Shown here: positions 18,651-27,388 of the stretch, piece by piece
Position numbering within the stretch: position 1 is the stretch's first letter
Layout: each line of letters starts with the position of its first letter
NCBI RefSeq assembly: GCF_000012285.1
Contig: NC_007181.1
Span: 330,001-362,000, forward strand
Direction of reading: 5' to 3'
Length of the DNA stretch: 32,000 nt
From: Sulfolobus acidocaldarius DSM 639
GTDB taxonomy: Archaea; Thermoproteota; Thermoprotei_A; Sulfolobales; Sulfolobaceae
Made by a program: the position numbers and the translations under genes
Notes under the pieces: model-generated
What the model was told of the DNA's origin: nothing
The model's input: only the letters and a program-made list of their open reading frames with translations
Databases searched by the model: none

Positions 18651-18998
18651 TTAGGTTTGATAATCTATTACCATAGTTAGATTGAACTCCTTTAAAATTT
18701 GGTCACCGTTTGGTAGTTCATATTTTAATAAAATAGTTATGCCGGCTGTATATATCTCTCTACTCTCTAAAGATGAAATGTGAAAAGGATTGTAACTTAG
18801 TTTTATGGGTATTTTTAGGTAGTTTGCACCCTGTATAAGTGAGATGTTAAGGTACTTTATACTGTTGTTTAATGGAACAGACATAGCGGCTACAACTTCA
18901 TTATTAGTGTTGTCATTTATGTAGGCATTTTCAACATACTCTAGGGTACCATTCAAAGGCGTTATAATCCTTAAGAAAAAATATACCATAAGTTCCAT
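18651..18998 (-). CDS. Beta-rich extracytoplasmic domain ORF lacking its own signal peptide; probable C-terminal part of the frame-split protein encoded upstream
   Basis: 115 aa; NYLKIPIKLSYNPFHIS...GITILLKYELPNGDQ, sequons, 68-nt overlap with ORF 18931..19482 in the +1 frame. Confidence 0.55.
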   Translation of the reverse strand: MELMVYFFLRIITPLNGTLEYVENAYINDNTNNEVVAAMSVPLNNSIKYLNISLIQGANYLKIPIKLSYNPFHISSLESREIYTAGITILLKYELPNGDQILKEFNLTMVIDYQT

Positions 18999-19482
18999 TA
19001 AATGAAACGTTGTAAAGGTTAGCCACTAATATGATCTCTGGCTTTACCAGGTCACTGAAAGAGATATAAAATTTTGTAAAATTATACTCTCCCCCAATAA
19101 TGCCAGAAATTTGTACATTAGTTGAGTTGACCACATACTCAAATAGATTTGAAGTTATGGGTAACGTTATGTTAAATTCCCTTACAGAATGAGGAGGAAC
19201 TAACATTCCAGGGGATACAGAATAATTCCCTACTCCAGGAATAAAGACATAACCATTCATAAGAGGAATGTATGTGGAGATGGTGTTGTTCGCAATTAGC
19301 GATATTATAGTCTCATTACCGTACATCCCTATACCCATGACCTTTATATAAGGAGGTAAATTGGAAAACGTAACTACCCTTGCTAGTTTTTGCTGATAAA
19401 ATGTTATAAAAATAGAAGCTACTAGTGTAACAACTAAAATTAATATAAATATCCTGTAATAGATGTTGGTACTTGAAACCAT
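18931..19482 (-). CDS. Membrane-anchored exported protein of unknown function upstream of the thread-subunit-like gene
   Basis: 183 aa, N-terminal TM IYYRIFILILVVTLVASIFITFY followed by a sequon-rich extracytoplasmic domain. Confidence 0.65.
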   Translation of the reverse strand: MVSSTNIYYRIFILILVVTLVASIFITFYQQKLARVVTFSNLPPYIKVMGIGMYGNETIISLIANNTISTYIPLMNGYVFIPGVGNYSVSPGMLVPPHSVREFNITLPITSNLFEYVVNSTNVQISGIIGGEYNFTKFYISFSDLVKPEIILVANLYNVSFNGTYGIFFLKDYNAFEWYPRVC

Positions 19483-19692
19483 ACTAATGTACTAGTTTAT
19501 CATAAACAACTTTTGAATATTTATGCTTGCATCTAAAATTCAGCTAACTTAAACAACTGACATCGAATAAACTTTAAAAGATCAAGTTGTAAACCACCGC
19601 AAGTATTTATCTCTTCTTATTCTTGGTATACGCCCTTAAAATATGGAGGTGGACATAAGATTTTTATTAGTAATTTCATAACTACATTTCAA

Positions 19693-20493
19693 ATGCGGAC
19701 AGAGTCTATCATATCGTTAATTATAGCTTTAGTCACCCTAGTATGCCTGTTTCTTATACCTGTGATGGGCTTATCGACTTACACTTATAGCATTAAAGTT
19801 ATGGGATTTTTAATGAGTGTAAGCTTTTACAACGTTAATTATACTATACTAATTCCTTCAATGGTTGCAACAATTGTCTTTGTAGCCCTGTCTGGTATAG
19901 TTCCCCTGTTTTGGAAGTCCAGGTATTCACTATACACATCTTTTGCTTTTTCAGTTTTATCCATTTCAATGCTGGTTGTTACTTATATTTGGGTCAGTAG
20001 GTACTTCCTTGTTAACAATTACCTGGTTGTACCTACAGAAAATGGAGTATTCTATCAGTTGTCCTCCTATAATTTAACCTTAGGATTCTCATCTTATTTA
20101 CTCTTTATAAATGCTTACTTTGATGGTATGAACGCAATATCTAGAAGTACATGGTTAGATAGGTTAATAGGTAGAAAAGGAACATACATTGATCTAGTAA
20201 TCGGCATAGCTAAGACATATAACATCCCATATCAAAAGACTGAGGACGGTGTAATAGTAGGTAATGACATTTTAATTACACAGGGTAACATAAATCATGA
20301 TAAGTTAGAGTCTAAAGAGATCAAGAAAATGTATATAATCAAGGATTCACATATTTTTCTCATAGATACCAGTAAAGGTGAACATGATCCACAGTTATTT
20401 GAGCTGAAAGAGGGAGTGAAAAGAATTTTGTCGGATATTGTGGAAAAAGTAGGGGATAAGATAAACATCATGTATAAGGATGACTATCCTTGA
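19693..20493 (+). CDS. Hypothetical membrane protein with four predicted TMs and a soluble C-terminal domain
   Basis: 266 aa; hydrophobic stretches to about residue 140, then a charged soluble domain DRLIGRKGTYIDLVIGIAKTYNIPY... Confidence 0.65.
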   Translation: MRTESIISLIIALVTLVCLFLIPVMGLSTYTYSIKVMGFLMSVSFYNVNYTILIPSMVATIVFVALSGIVPLFWKSRYSLYTSFAFSVLSISMLVVTYIWVSRYFLVNNYLVVPTENGVFYQLSSYNLTLGFSSYLLFINAYFDGMNAISRSTWLDRLIGRKGTYIDLVIGIAKTYNIPYQKTEDGVIVGNDILITQGNINHDKLESKEIKKMYIIKDSHIFLIDTSKGEHDPQLFELKEGVKRILSDIVEKVGDKINIMYKDDYP

Positions 20494-20532
20494 GTGGAAA
20501 AATTGATATATAATTTGATTTAACTTTCTACC

Positions 20533-21552
20533 GTGAAAGCCGTAATTATTGAAAATGGCAGAGCGTCAATAAAGGATATGGATAAACCTTCAATCAAGGA
20601 AAAAGGAGATATTATAATAAAGATGAAAGCCTGTGGGCTATGTGGTACTGATATCGAAAAACTTCGCGGACAATACACAGCGTCTCAGCCAATTATAGGT
20701 CATGAACCATCAGGGATCATTGAGGAGTCAAGTGTAGATAGTCTAAAACCCGGTCAGAGAGTATTCGCACATCATCACGTTCCTTGTTATGAGTGTTATT
20801 ATTGCACTCATGGAAGTGCAACCATGTGTCCTCACTATAGAAGGACTAATATTGAGCCCGGAGGTTTTGCAGAATACTTTAGAGTCCCAGCCTGGAATGT
20901 GAAAAGGGGAGGTGTACTAGTTCTTCCTGATCATGTTAGTTTTGAGGAAGGAGCCTTCATTGAACCTTTGGCAACTGTTGTAAGAGCACAAAGGAGGGTC
21001 AAGTTAAACAGAGGAGATAATGTGTTGGTAGTAGGAGCAGGACCTATGGGATTGCTCCACGTAATGCTAAGTAAGGTAAATGGAGCCTCTAAAACCATAG
21101 TAACTGACATAGCAGATTTTAGGGTTGAGTATGCTTATAAAGTAGGGGCTGATTACTCATTTAATTCTAAAAAGATAGACACTATAAATGAGGTTAAGAA
21201 ACTAACAGACGGTAGAGGAGTGGATATAGCTATTATAGCTTCAGGCGCACCTTCAGCAATCTTATCAGGTCTTCTCTCTGTAAGAAAAGGAGGTCAAGTT
21301 CTCCTGTTTGGAGTTCCATTTAAGGGTACTGTCCTGAACTATGATATAAGTGATCTCTTAAACAACGAAATCTCAATAATCTCAAGTAATGCCGCTATTG
21401 AAGAAGATACTGTAGATGCGTTGAAAATAATATCTGAGAGAAAAATAGACGTTTCCAAACTAGTAACCCATAAATTTACTATTGACCAGTTCAATGAAGC
21501 CGTAAGGGTAGCTGAAGAGGGACAAGCCATAAAGGTAATAATACAAGATTGA
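20533..21552 (+). CDS. Zinc-dependent medium-chain alcohol/polyol dehydrogenase
   Basis: ACGLCGTDIEKL, GHEPSGII, CYECYYCTHGSATMC structural zinc site, VVGAGPMGLLH Rossmann motif. Confidence 0.93.
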   Translation: MKAVIIENGRASIKDMDKPSIKEKGDIIIKMKACGLCGTDIEKLRGQYTASQPIIGHEPSGIIEESSVDSLKPGQRVFAHHHVPCYECYYCTHGSATMCPHYRRTNIEPGGFAEYFRVPAWNVKRGGVLVLPDHVSFEEGAFIEPLATVVRAQRRVKLNRGDNVLVVGAGPMGLLHVMLSKVNGASKTIVTDIADFRVEYAYKVGADYSFNSKKIDTINEVKKLTDGRGVDIAIIASGAPSAILSGLLSVRKGGQVLLFGVPFKGTVLNYDISDLLNNEISIISSNAAIEEDTVDALKIISERKIDVSKLVTHKFTIDQFNEAVRVAEEGQAIKVIIQD

Positions 21553-22395
21553 AAAAATAGCGAGAAAGAGGATTAGAGTCACTTTAAATAGATTTAGGGC
21601 AATTTTCACGTGGTTATCTTCTGGTAAATTCCATCCATTTAAACCCACGTTATAAAATCCAATTTTTTCTAACCGGACGTTTAGTATTGATGAAGCAAAT
21701 GAGATGGGATATTTAGCATTGGGGCTCTCTATTTTGCTCTCTTTCAGTATCCTTAGAGTGCTTTTTGGTCTTAACCCTAAAAGATATGCTGATAATAACA
21801 TCAACAAGGCAGTTATTCTGGCTGGGATGTAGTTTAAAATAGTATCTAATTTAGCGGAGAACCATCCCTGTTCCCTGTACTCAGGTGTCTTATATCCGAC
21901 CATGCTATCCATGGTATTCGCTAACCTTTGTAATAATGCACCTGGATAGCCTAAAACGAGAAACCAAAATATTGGGGATATTATTCCATCTACAGTACTT
22001 TCAAATAATGACTCTATTACGGCAGATCTAACGTGACCCTCACTTAACTCATAAACATTTCTCCTGACTAACTGCTGTGAGTATGACCTACTGTAAGTGG
22101 TAACAGGTGTGCTCTTCTTGACCAACGAATATAGTAACTTAATGGAAAAGGTGGTCTTTAGAAAAATGACCAGTAGTGGTAGTTCTACATACCAAGGAAA
22201 GTATAAAGGTATACAGAGGATGAACAGAATCGGAACGACAGACACTATCCAGAAGAATATTCCATAAAACCTGTTGGAGAAAGGTTTTATTAATCTAGAT
22301 GATATTTTCCCTACCCATACTACAGGATGTATTATAACTGGAGGTTCCCCTAAGGTAAGGTCAAAGAGTATTGAAAGATAAAGTAATGGTAACAA
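21460..22395 (-). CDS. cbiB: Adenosylcobinamide-phosphate synthase
   Basis: FDLTLGEPPVIIHPVVWVGK, EGHVRSAVIESLFESTVDGIISPIFW, NTMDSMVGYKTPEYREQGWFSAKLDTILNYIPAR. Confidence 0.93.
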   Translation of the reverse strand: MLPLLYLSILFDLTLGEPPVIIHPVVWVGKISSRLIKPFSNRFYGIFFWIVSVVPILFILCIPLYFPWYVELPLLVIFLKTTFSIKLLYSLVKKSTPVTTYSRSYSQQLVRRNVYELSEGHVRSAVIESLFESTVDGIISPIFWFLVLGYPGALLQRLANTMDSMVGYKTPEYREQGWFSAKLDTILNYIPARITALLMLLSAYLLGLRPKSTLRILKESKIESPNAKYPISFASSILNVRLEKIGFYNVGLNGWNLPEDNHVKIALNLFKVTLILFLAIFSILYYYLYGLSLFSYPYGFIELVNSKFMGY

Positions 22396-23108
22396 GTCTT
22401 CTCAGCAACTAGTAAGTAAATTGGAAAAGATAAAGTTATAATAGCTCCTACTATATCGCCTGACATCCCGTCAAAAACTAACTTAGCCATTAGGTAGAAC
22501 ACGAGAAGTAGGATAACGTAAGCCAAGATAAGTACAGGTGATGAGAAGAGTATTGCAAATACTTGTACGAGGAGGAATTTAATAGAGAATAGTTTGTCCC
22601 TCATTTTATCATGAAACACTTTTCCCAGATAACTACCGGGAATCGGCTTCATTAGACCTAGAAGGGATATTGCGCTTGCCCTCGCTAGAACCTCGGATGG
22701 GAGGAAGAACCACAGATTGCTTACATTCAAGTTAAGTGTAGCTATAAGAAATATAGAAAAATAAACTAAAAATAGACCTATAGCCCCCGACCCGGTCTGT
22801 AGATCATGAAGAACTTGCGGTCTTCTCTCCTTTCCCACCATCAATGCGTCCCCCATGTCCAATAGACCATCCAAATGGTGAAATCCCCTAATTATCTCCA
22901 CTGTAGGTATTAGTAGAAGAGCACCTAAGCTACCTATAAGCCTTATACCTAACAAGACAACAAACCAGTCTATTATACCTGTAATTATACCGACCATGAG
23001 TGGCGAGATGAAGGAGAACTCTGCTATCTCCTCTAAAGACGCACTCGGAGAAGGTATTATCGTGAAAAATGATAGTTGCCCTAATATTGCCTTTAATATC
23101 CTCCCCAT
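22350..23108 (-). CDS. cobS: Adenosylcobinamide-GDP ribazoletransferase
   Basis: FFTIIPSP, RGFHHLDGLLDMGDALM, DLQTGSGAIG motifs. Confidence 0.93.
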   Translation of the reverse strand: MGRILKAILGQLSFFTIIPSPSASLEEIAEFSFISPLMVGIITGIIDWFVVLLGIRLIGSLGALLLIPTVEIIRGFHHLDGLLDMGDALMVGKERRPQVLHDLQTGSGAIGLFLVYFSIFLIATLNLNVSNLWFFLPSEVLARASAISLLGLMKPIPGSYLGKVFHDKMRDKLFSIKFLLVQVFAILFSSPVLILAYVILLLVFYLMAKLVFDGMSGDIVGAIITLSFPIYLLVAEKTCYHYFIFQYSLTLP

Positions 23109-23122
23109 AGGAATTAGTTATA

Positions 23123-24502
23123 ATGGCAGTTATAATAGCTTCCACAATGAGTGACTCAGGAAAATCCACAATTGTGACGGGCTTAAGCAAACTATTTCAT
23201 GTTAAACCTTTTAAAGCCCAAAACATGTCCCTGAATAGTTATGCAACATTAGATTATGGGGAGATAGCTTTTATTCAGGCTTATCAATCTATTGGCGCAG
23301 GTTTTTCCCCTGAGAGATATATGAACCCGTTATTACTTAAACCATCAGGTAACGGATTGTTAGAGGTCATCTTTTTTGGTGAATCGAAGGGTCTATTTAG
23401 ACCTCAAGACTACTATTCAACACTCAATTATTTTTGGACTGAAATAGAGAAAAATTTCTCTAATGAATTTATTGTAGAATCTGCTGGTGGTATAGAGCCA
23501 AATTTTTTAGATAAAGATTTAGCATTAAAAGTCTCTGCTAATTTTAACGTTCCAATTATTTTAGTTCTCGATATAGATAGGGGCGGAGCTTTCACATCAG
23601 CATTGGGATCTTATTTATCCTTGCCTGTTTCTTTGAGGGAAAAATTAAGGGGTTTTATAATAAATAAGTTTAGGGGAGATGAAAAGTTCCTGGAACCAGG
23701 GATAAAGTGGGTTGAGGAGAGAACAAATATGAAATACTTAGGCAGCTTACCGTATTTCGAGGAACCATTAATAATGCCAGAGGACTCCATGAACCTCAAT
23801 GAGGTAGGAAACGGAGAAATGGAGGTTAGTATAATAGCTTATCCGCAGATGAGCAATTTCAATGAGTTCTATGCCCTAAATAACTCTAATGCTCACCTTA
23901 AATTTGTAAAGAAACCTACGCAAATAACTGATTCAGACCTAGTGATCTTACCAGGTAGCAAAAATACAATAAAGAGTTTAGAGTGGCTTAAGAGCAGAGG
24001 CTTTACTGATTTCCTAAAGAGGAAACCCGTTCTCGGTATATGTGGGGGATTTCAGATCATGGGGAGTAAAATGATTGATAATAGTGGAGGACTAGAACTT
24101 GGAGATGTTAATCAGGTGGATGGACTAGGATTATTCGGAATTAACACTGTGTACGAGAAGGAAAAAGTCGTGAGTTTATCATCAGCCCAGTTAGGAATAG
24201 AGGGGTATGAAATAAGGAGAGGAAGAATAGAATACATCAATGAAGAGCCTCTAACCTACATCACGAGAAGAGGGAAAATGACGGTTTATGTGCCAGATGG
24301 AGTACTTAAAGGAGATAAGTTAGGTCTAAGTATTCATGGCTCCATGTTCTCCCCAGGAGGAAAGAAGGTTCTTAGCGAGGTATTTGGTCTTAAAATATAT
24401 GCTGAGGATTTGGAAACTGAAATAAAAAAGCAGGTAGATAATCTCTCACGCGTCTTAAAGCAACACGTAGATGTAGATAAAATTTATGAGCTATACATTT
24501 AA
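23123..24502 (+). CDS. cbiP: Cobyric acid synthase
   Basis: STMSDSGKSTIVTGLSKLF...KPFKAQNMSLNSY, VLDIDRGGAF, VLGICGGFQIMG. Confidence 0.93.
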   Translation: MAVIIASTMSDSGKSTIVTGLSKLFHVKPFKAQNMSLNSYATLDYGEIAFIQAYQSIGAGFSPERYMNPLLLKPSGNGLLEVIFFGESKGLFRPQDYYSTLNYFWTEIEKNFSNEFIVESAGGIEPNFLDKDLALKVSANFNVPIILVLDIDRGGAFTSALGSYLSLPVSLREKLRGFIINKFRGDEKFLEPGIKWVEERTNMKYLGSLPYFEEPLIMPEDSMNLNEVGNGEMEVSIIAYPQMSNFNEFYALNNSNAHLKFVKKPTQITDSDLVILPGSKNTIKSLEWLKSRGFTDFLKRKPVLGICGGFQIMGSKMIDNSGGLELGDVNQVDGLGLFGINTVYEKEKVVSLSSAQLGIEGYEIRRGRIEYINEEPLTYITRRGKMTVYVPDGVLKGDKLGLSIHGSMFSPGGKKVLSEVFGLKIYAEDLETEIKKQVDNLSRVLKQHVDVDKIYELYI

Positions 24503-24524
24503 GCTAGTCTTGTAATTTTTACAC

Positions 24525-25646
24525 ATGGAGTTCGATCCGAAAAATTTCATTGATGAAGTAAAGCCACAATTAGAAAAGATATTAGACGGAAAGGCAATTG
24601 CTGCAGTTAGCGGAGGAGTAGATAGCACAACAGCTGCCACACTTACCTACAAATTAATGGGAGATAAGGTAATACCTATAATAATCGATACTGGATTTTT
24701 GAGAGAAGGAGAGGTTGAAAAAGTGAAAAATATGGTGAAAAACGTCTTACCTTTACAAGTTGTTGACGCAAAGGAAAAATTTCTTAGGGCATTAGAAGGA
24801 TTATCTGATGCTGAGGAAAAACGAAAAACTTTCCGAAAGATATTTTATGATATATTGTCTGAGCTGGTTAGAAAATATAACGCAAAATACCTTATACAAG
24901 GTACCATAGCAGCAGATTGGGTAGAGACGCAGGGAGGGATAAAAACACAACATAACGTCTTAGTACAATTGGGTATCGACACGGAGAGAGAATGGGGGTT
25001 TAAAGTTGTTGAGCCTTTAGCTGACCTTTACAAGAATGAGGTGAGAAAATTGGGTGAATACCTTGGATTACCAAAGGAGATATACAATAGGCAACCGTTC
25101 CCTGGACCAGGGCTTTTGGTAAGAACCGTGGGTAAACTTACGATTGAAAAACTAGAGCTGGTTAGAAAGGCTACAACAGTAGTAGAGAAATATTTAGATG
25201 GCATGGGTATATCACAGTATTTTGCGTTTATTTTTGAGGCTCAAAGTGAAAAACATGATGAACTTAGTAAAAGAGTTGGGAGCAATGTCTTCACATATAA
25301 GAAGATCAAAGCCACAGGTGTAAAAGGAGATGTAAGAGCTTATGGTAGGGTGGCTAAAATAGAAACTAATGAGGAAGACTATGAGAAACTGAGAGAATTA
25401 ATGGAAATGGTTACGAGTAGTGACGTCACCCATGTTGTTATACCAGTCGCTAGAAGAGAAGATGGTGAATATACAGTAGGAATAAGAGCTGTCTCTACGG
25501 AAGATTTTATGACAGCTGAAATAACTAAACTTGATAGAGGGATTCTCAGCAAAATAGGGAATGAAATACTCAATATATCTAAAAAAATACATGAGGTTGT
25601 TTATGATATTACTACTAAGCCACCGGCGACCATTGAGCTTGAGTAA
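24525..25646 (+). CDS. guaAb: GMP synthase (glutamine-hydrolysing), PP-ATPase subunit B
   Basis: [17 protein letters not shown]-loop, [21 protein letters not shown]; no amidotransferase domain on this chain. Confidence 0.95.
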
Positions 25647-26610
25647 ATTTGTCCAATAATTTAATTCTTTTTGCTGGATGTGGATGGTCACTGAAAAGGT
25701 CTGATAATATTCCTACTTTTTGTGTTCTCCAATAATTAACAAGTTCCTGTGCTTTATATGATGGAATTTCCTCATTACTCACATCTGTTCCAGAGAACAG
25801 CAGCATCTTTGCTACACCTCCACTTTTCTGCTTTACCCTATCAACTATTCCTGGGTCTGTGTAAATCACTATCTTGGCTAAGGCAGTCTGTAGGTTGCTA
25901 GCACCATTGGGAATTGTAAGTGCTGAATTAACATCAGCGTATGCTTCTCTCATCCTATTTAGGAATAACACGAAAATGTTGAATACGAAACTGACCGCAA
26001 TTAATACTATGCCTATGAGAAACAGTAAACCAGAGTTACTATTTCTTCCGCCGCCTCCACCTCCAAGTAATCCTCCCCACCATAATGAGTAGCCTAACCA
26101 ATACATTAAGGTCGGAATTAAACTTACAGCTAGTAATATCTCAGTGTCCCTATGTCTTAAATGACCTATTTCGTGTCCTATTACCGCTTTAATCTCGTCC
26201 TTATTGAGTATGTTTATAAGAGGAGTCGTTATTGCCATATTCTTTCCAAATAAAGGACTACTAAATGCAAATGCATTAGGGAAATTTACAGGTGCAACAT
26301 AAACCTTAGGCATACTCATATTGTTATAGGTTGCTACTTCCTGAACTAAGTTATATACCCAACCATAAGTTGGGTCGTCAGCCTTCACTTCAATTAGCCT
26401 ATACGCAGCTTTTATCATAAGAGGACCCAATAACCATTGTATGATTGTAAAAAATGTCACAAAGGCTAAAGCACCTGTAACGATAATCGATGTGTAAGCG
26501 AACCCAAACAAGTACCCAAGTAATCCATAAGCTACTAGAAATCCCAGAATAATGACAGATATTGCAGATAAAACCATTCCTAATCTAAATTTAAGGAGAC
26601 TTACCGCCAT
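25615..26610 (-). CDS. htpX: HtpX-like M48 family membrane metalloprotease
   Basis: [15 protein letters not shown] zinc motif, MREAYAD, N-terminal TMs, [10 protein letters not shown]. Confidence 0.93.
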
Positions 26611-26671
26611 TTGTATAAAAAATCCCTATTTAACCTAATAAAGTTTTTAGTAACTTTAAGAGAATAAGGAT

Positions 26672-27079
26672 ATGGATGAGAGCTTGAGTGAACAGGATAT
26701 TGTAAAAGAGTATATGAGGTCGCCAGTGATTTCAGTAGATAAGAAGACGAAAATTAGTGAAATAGCCAAAATAATGACAGAGAAAAATATTGGTTCAGTG
26801 ATAGTTACAGAAAATAATAAGCCAATTGGCATAATCACTGAGAGAGACATAGTGAGAGCTATAGGTAAAGGTAAGAACCTGGAAAGCACTGCAGAGGAAA
26901 TTATGACAGTTTCATTAATAACCATAAGAGAGGATTCACCGATAGCAGGAGCATTATCCCTAATGAGGCAGTTTAACATAAGACACTTACCTGTAATTAA
27001 CGATAAGAGGGAATTAGTTGGGATTCTCTCCATTAGAGATGTAGCTAGAGCTATAGATAACTTACTTGAAGGTGATTAG
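26672..27079 (+). CDS. Tandem CBS-domain protein
   Basis: Two CBS motifs: GSVIVTENNKPIGIITERDIVRA and IRHLPVINDKRELVGILSIRDVARA. Confidence 0.93.
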   Translation: MDESLSEQDIVKEYMRSPVISVDKKTKISEIAKIMTEKNIGSVIVTENNKPIGIITERDIVRAIGKGKNLESTAEEIMTVSLITIREDSPIAGALSLMRQFNIRHLPVINDKRELVGILSIRDVARAIDNLLEGD

Positions 27080-27085
27080 ATTTTC

Positions 27086-27301
27086 ATGAGAATCAAAGTG
27101 CCAAAAGAATGGTATGAAATTTTAAACCAAATCGCAAGGAAAAAACACATAACTCTTTCTAACTTAATTGCTGAAATAAGTAAATCCACAGAATGCCTGG
27201 GTTTACCATATATCTCCTCAACACAGTACAAGCAGATAAATGTAAGTATAGAGGACAAACAGATAGAATGGAAAATAGAAAAATTCTTATTCTGTAACTA
27301 A
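27086..27301 (+). CDS. Small ribbon-helix-helix-like protein
   Basis: 71 aa; MRIKVPKEWYEILNQIARKKHITLSNLIAEIS resembles an RHH N-terminal strand plus helices. Confidence 0.5.
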   Translation: MRIKVPKEWYEILNQIARKKHITLSNLIAEISKSTECLGLPYISSTQYKQINVSIEDKQIEWKIEKFLFCN

Positions 27302-27388
27302 CTTCGACTATAAGTTAGCAATAAGTGACTTTAGAGACTTATCTTTACAACGATTAAAAATAAAGTTCGGGATAAGAAACGGAAAAAC

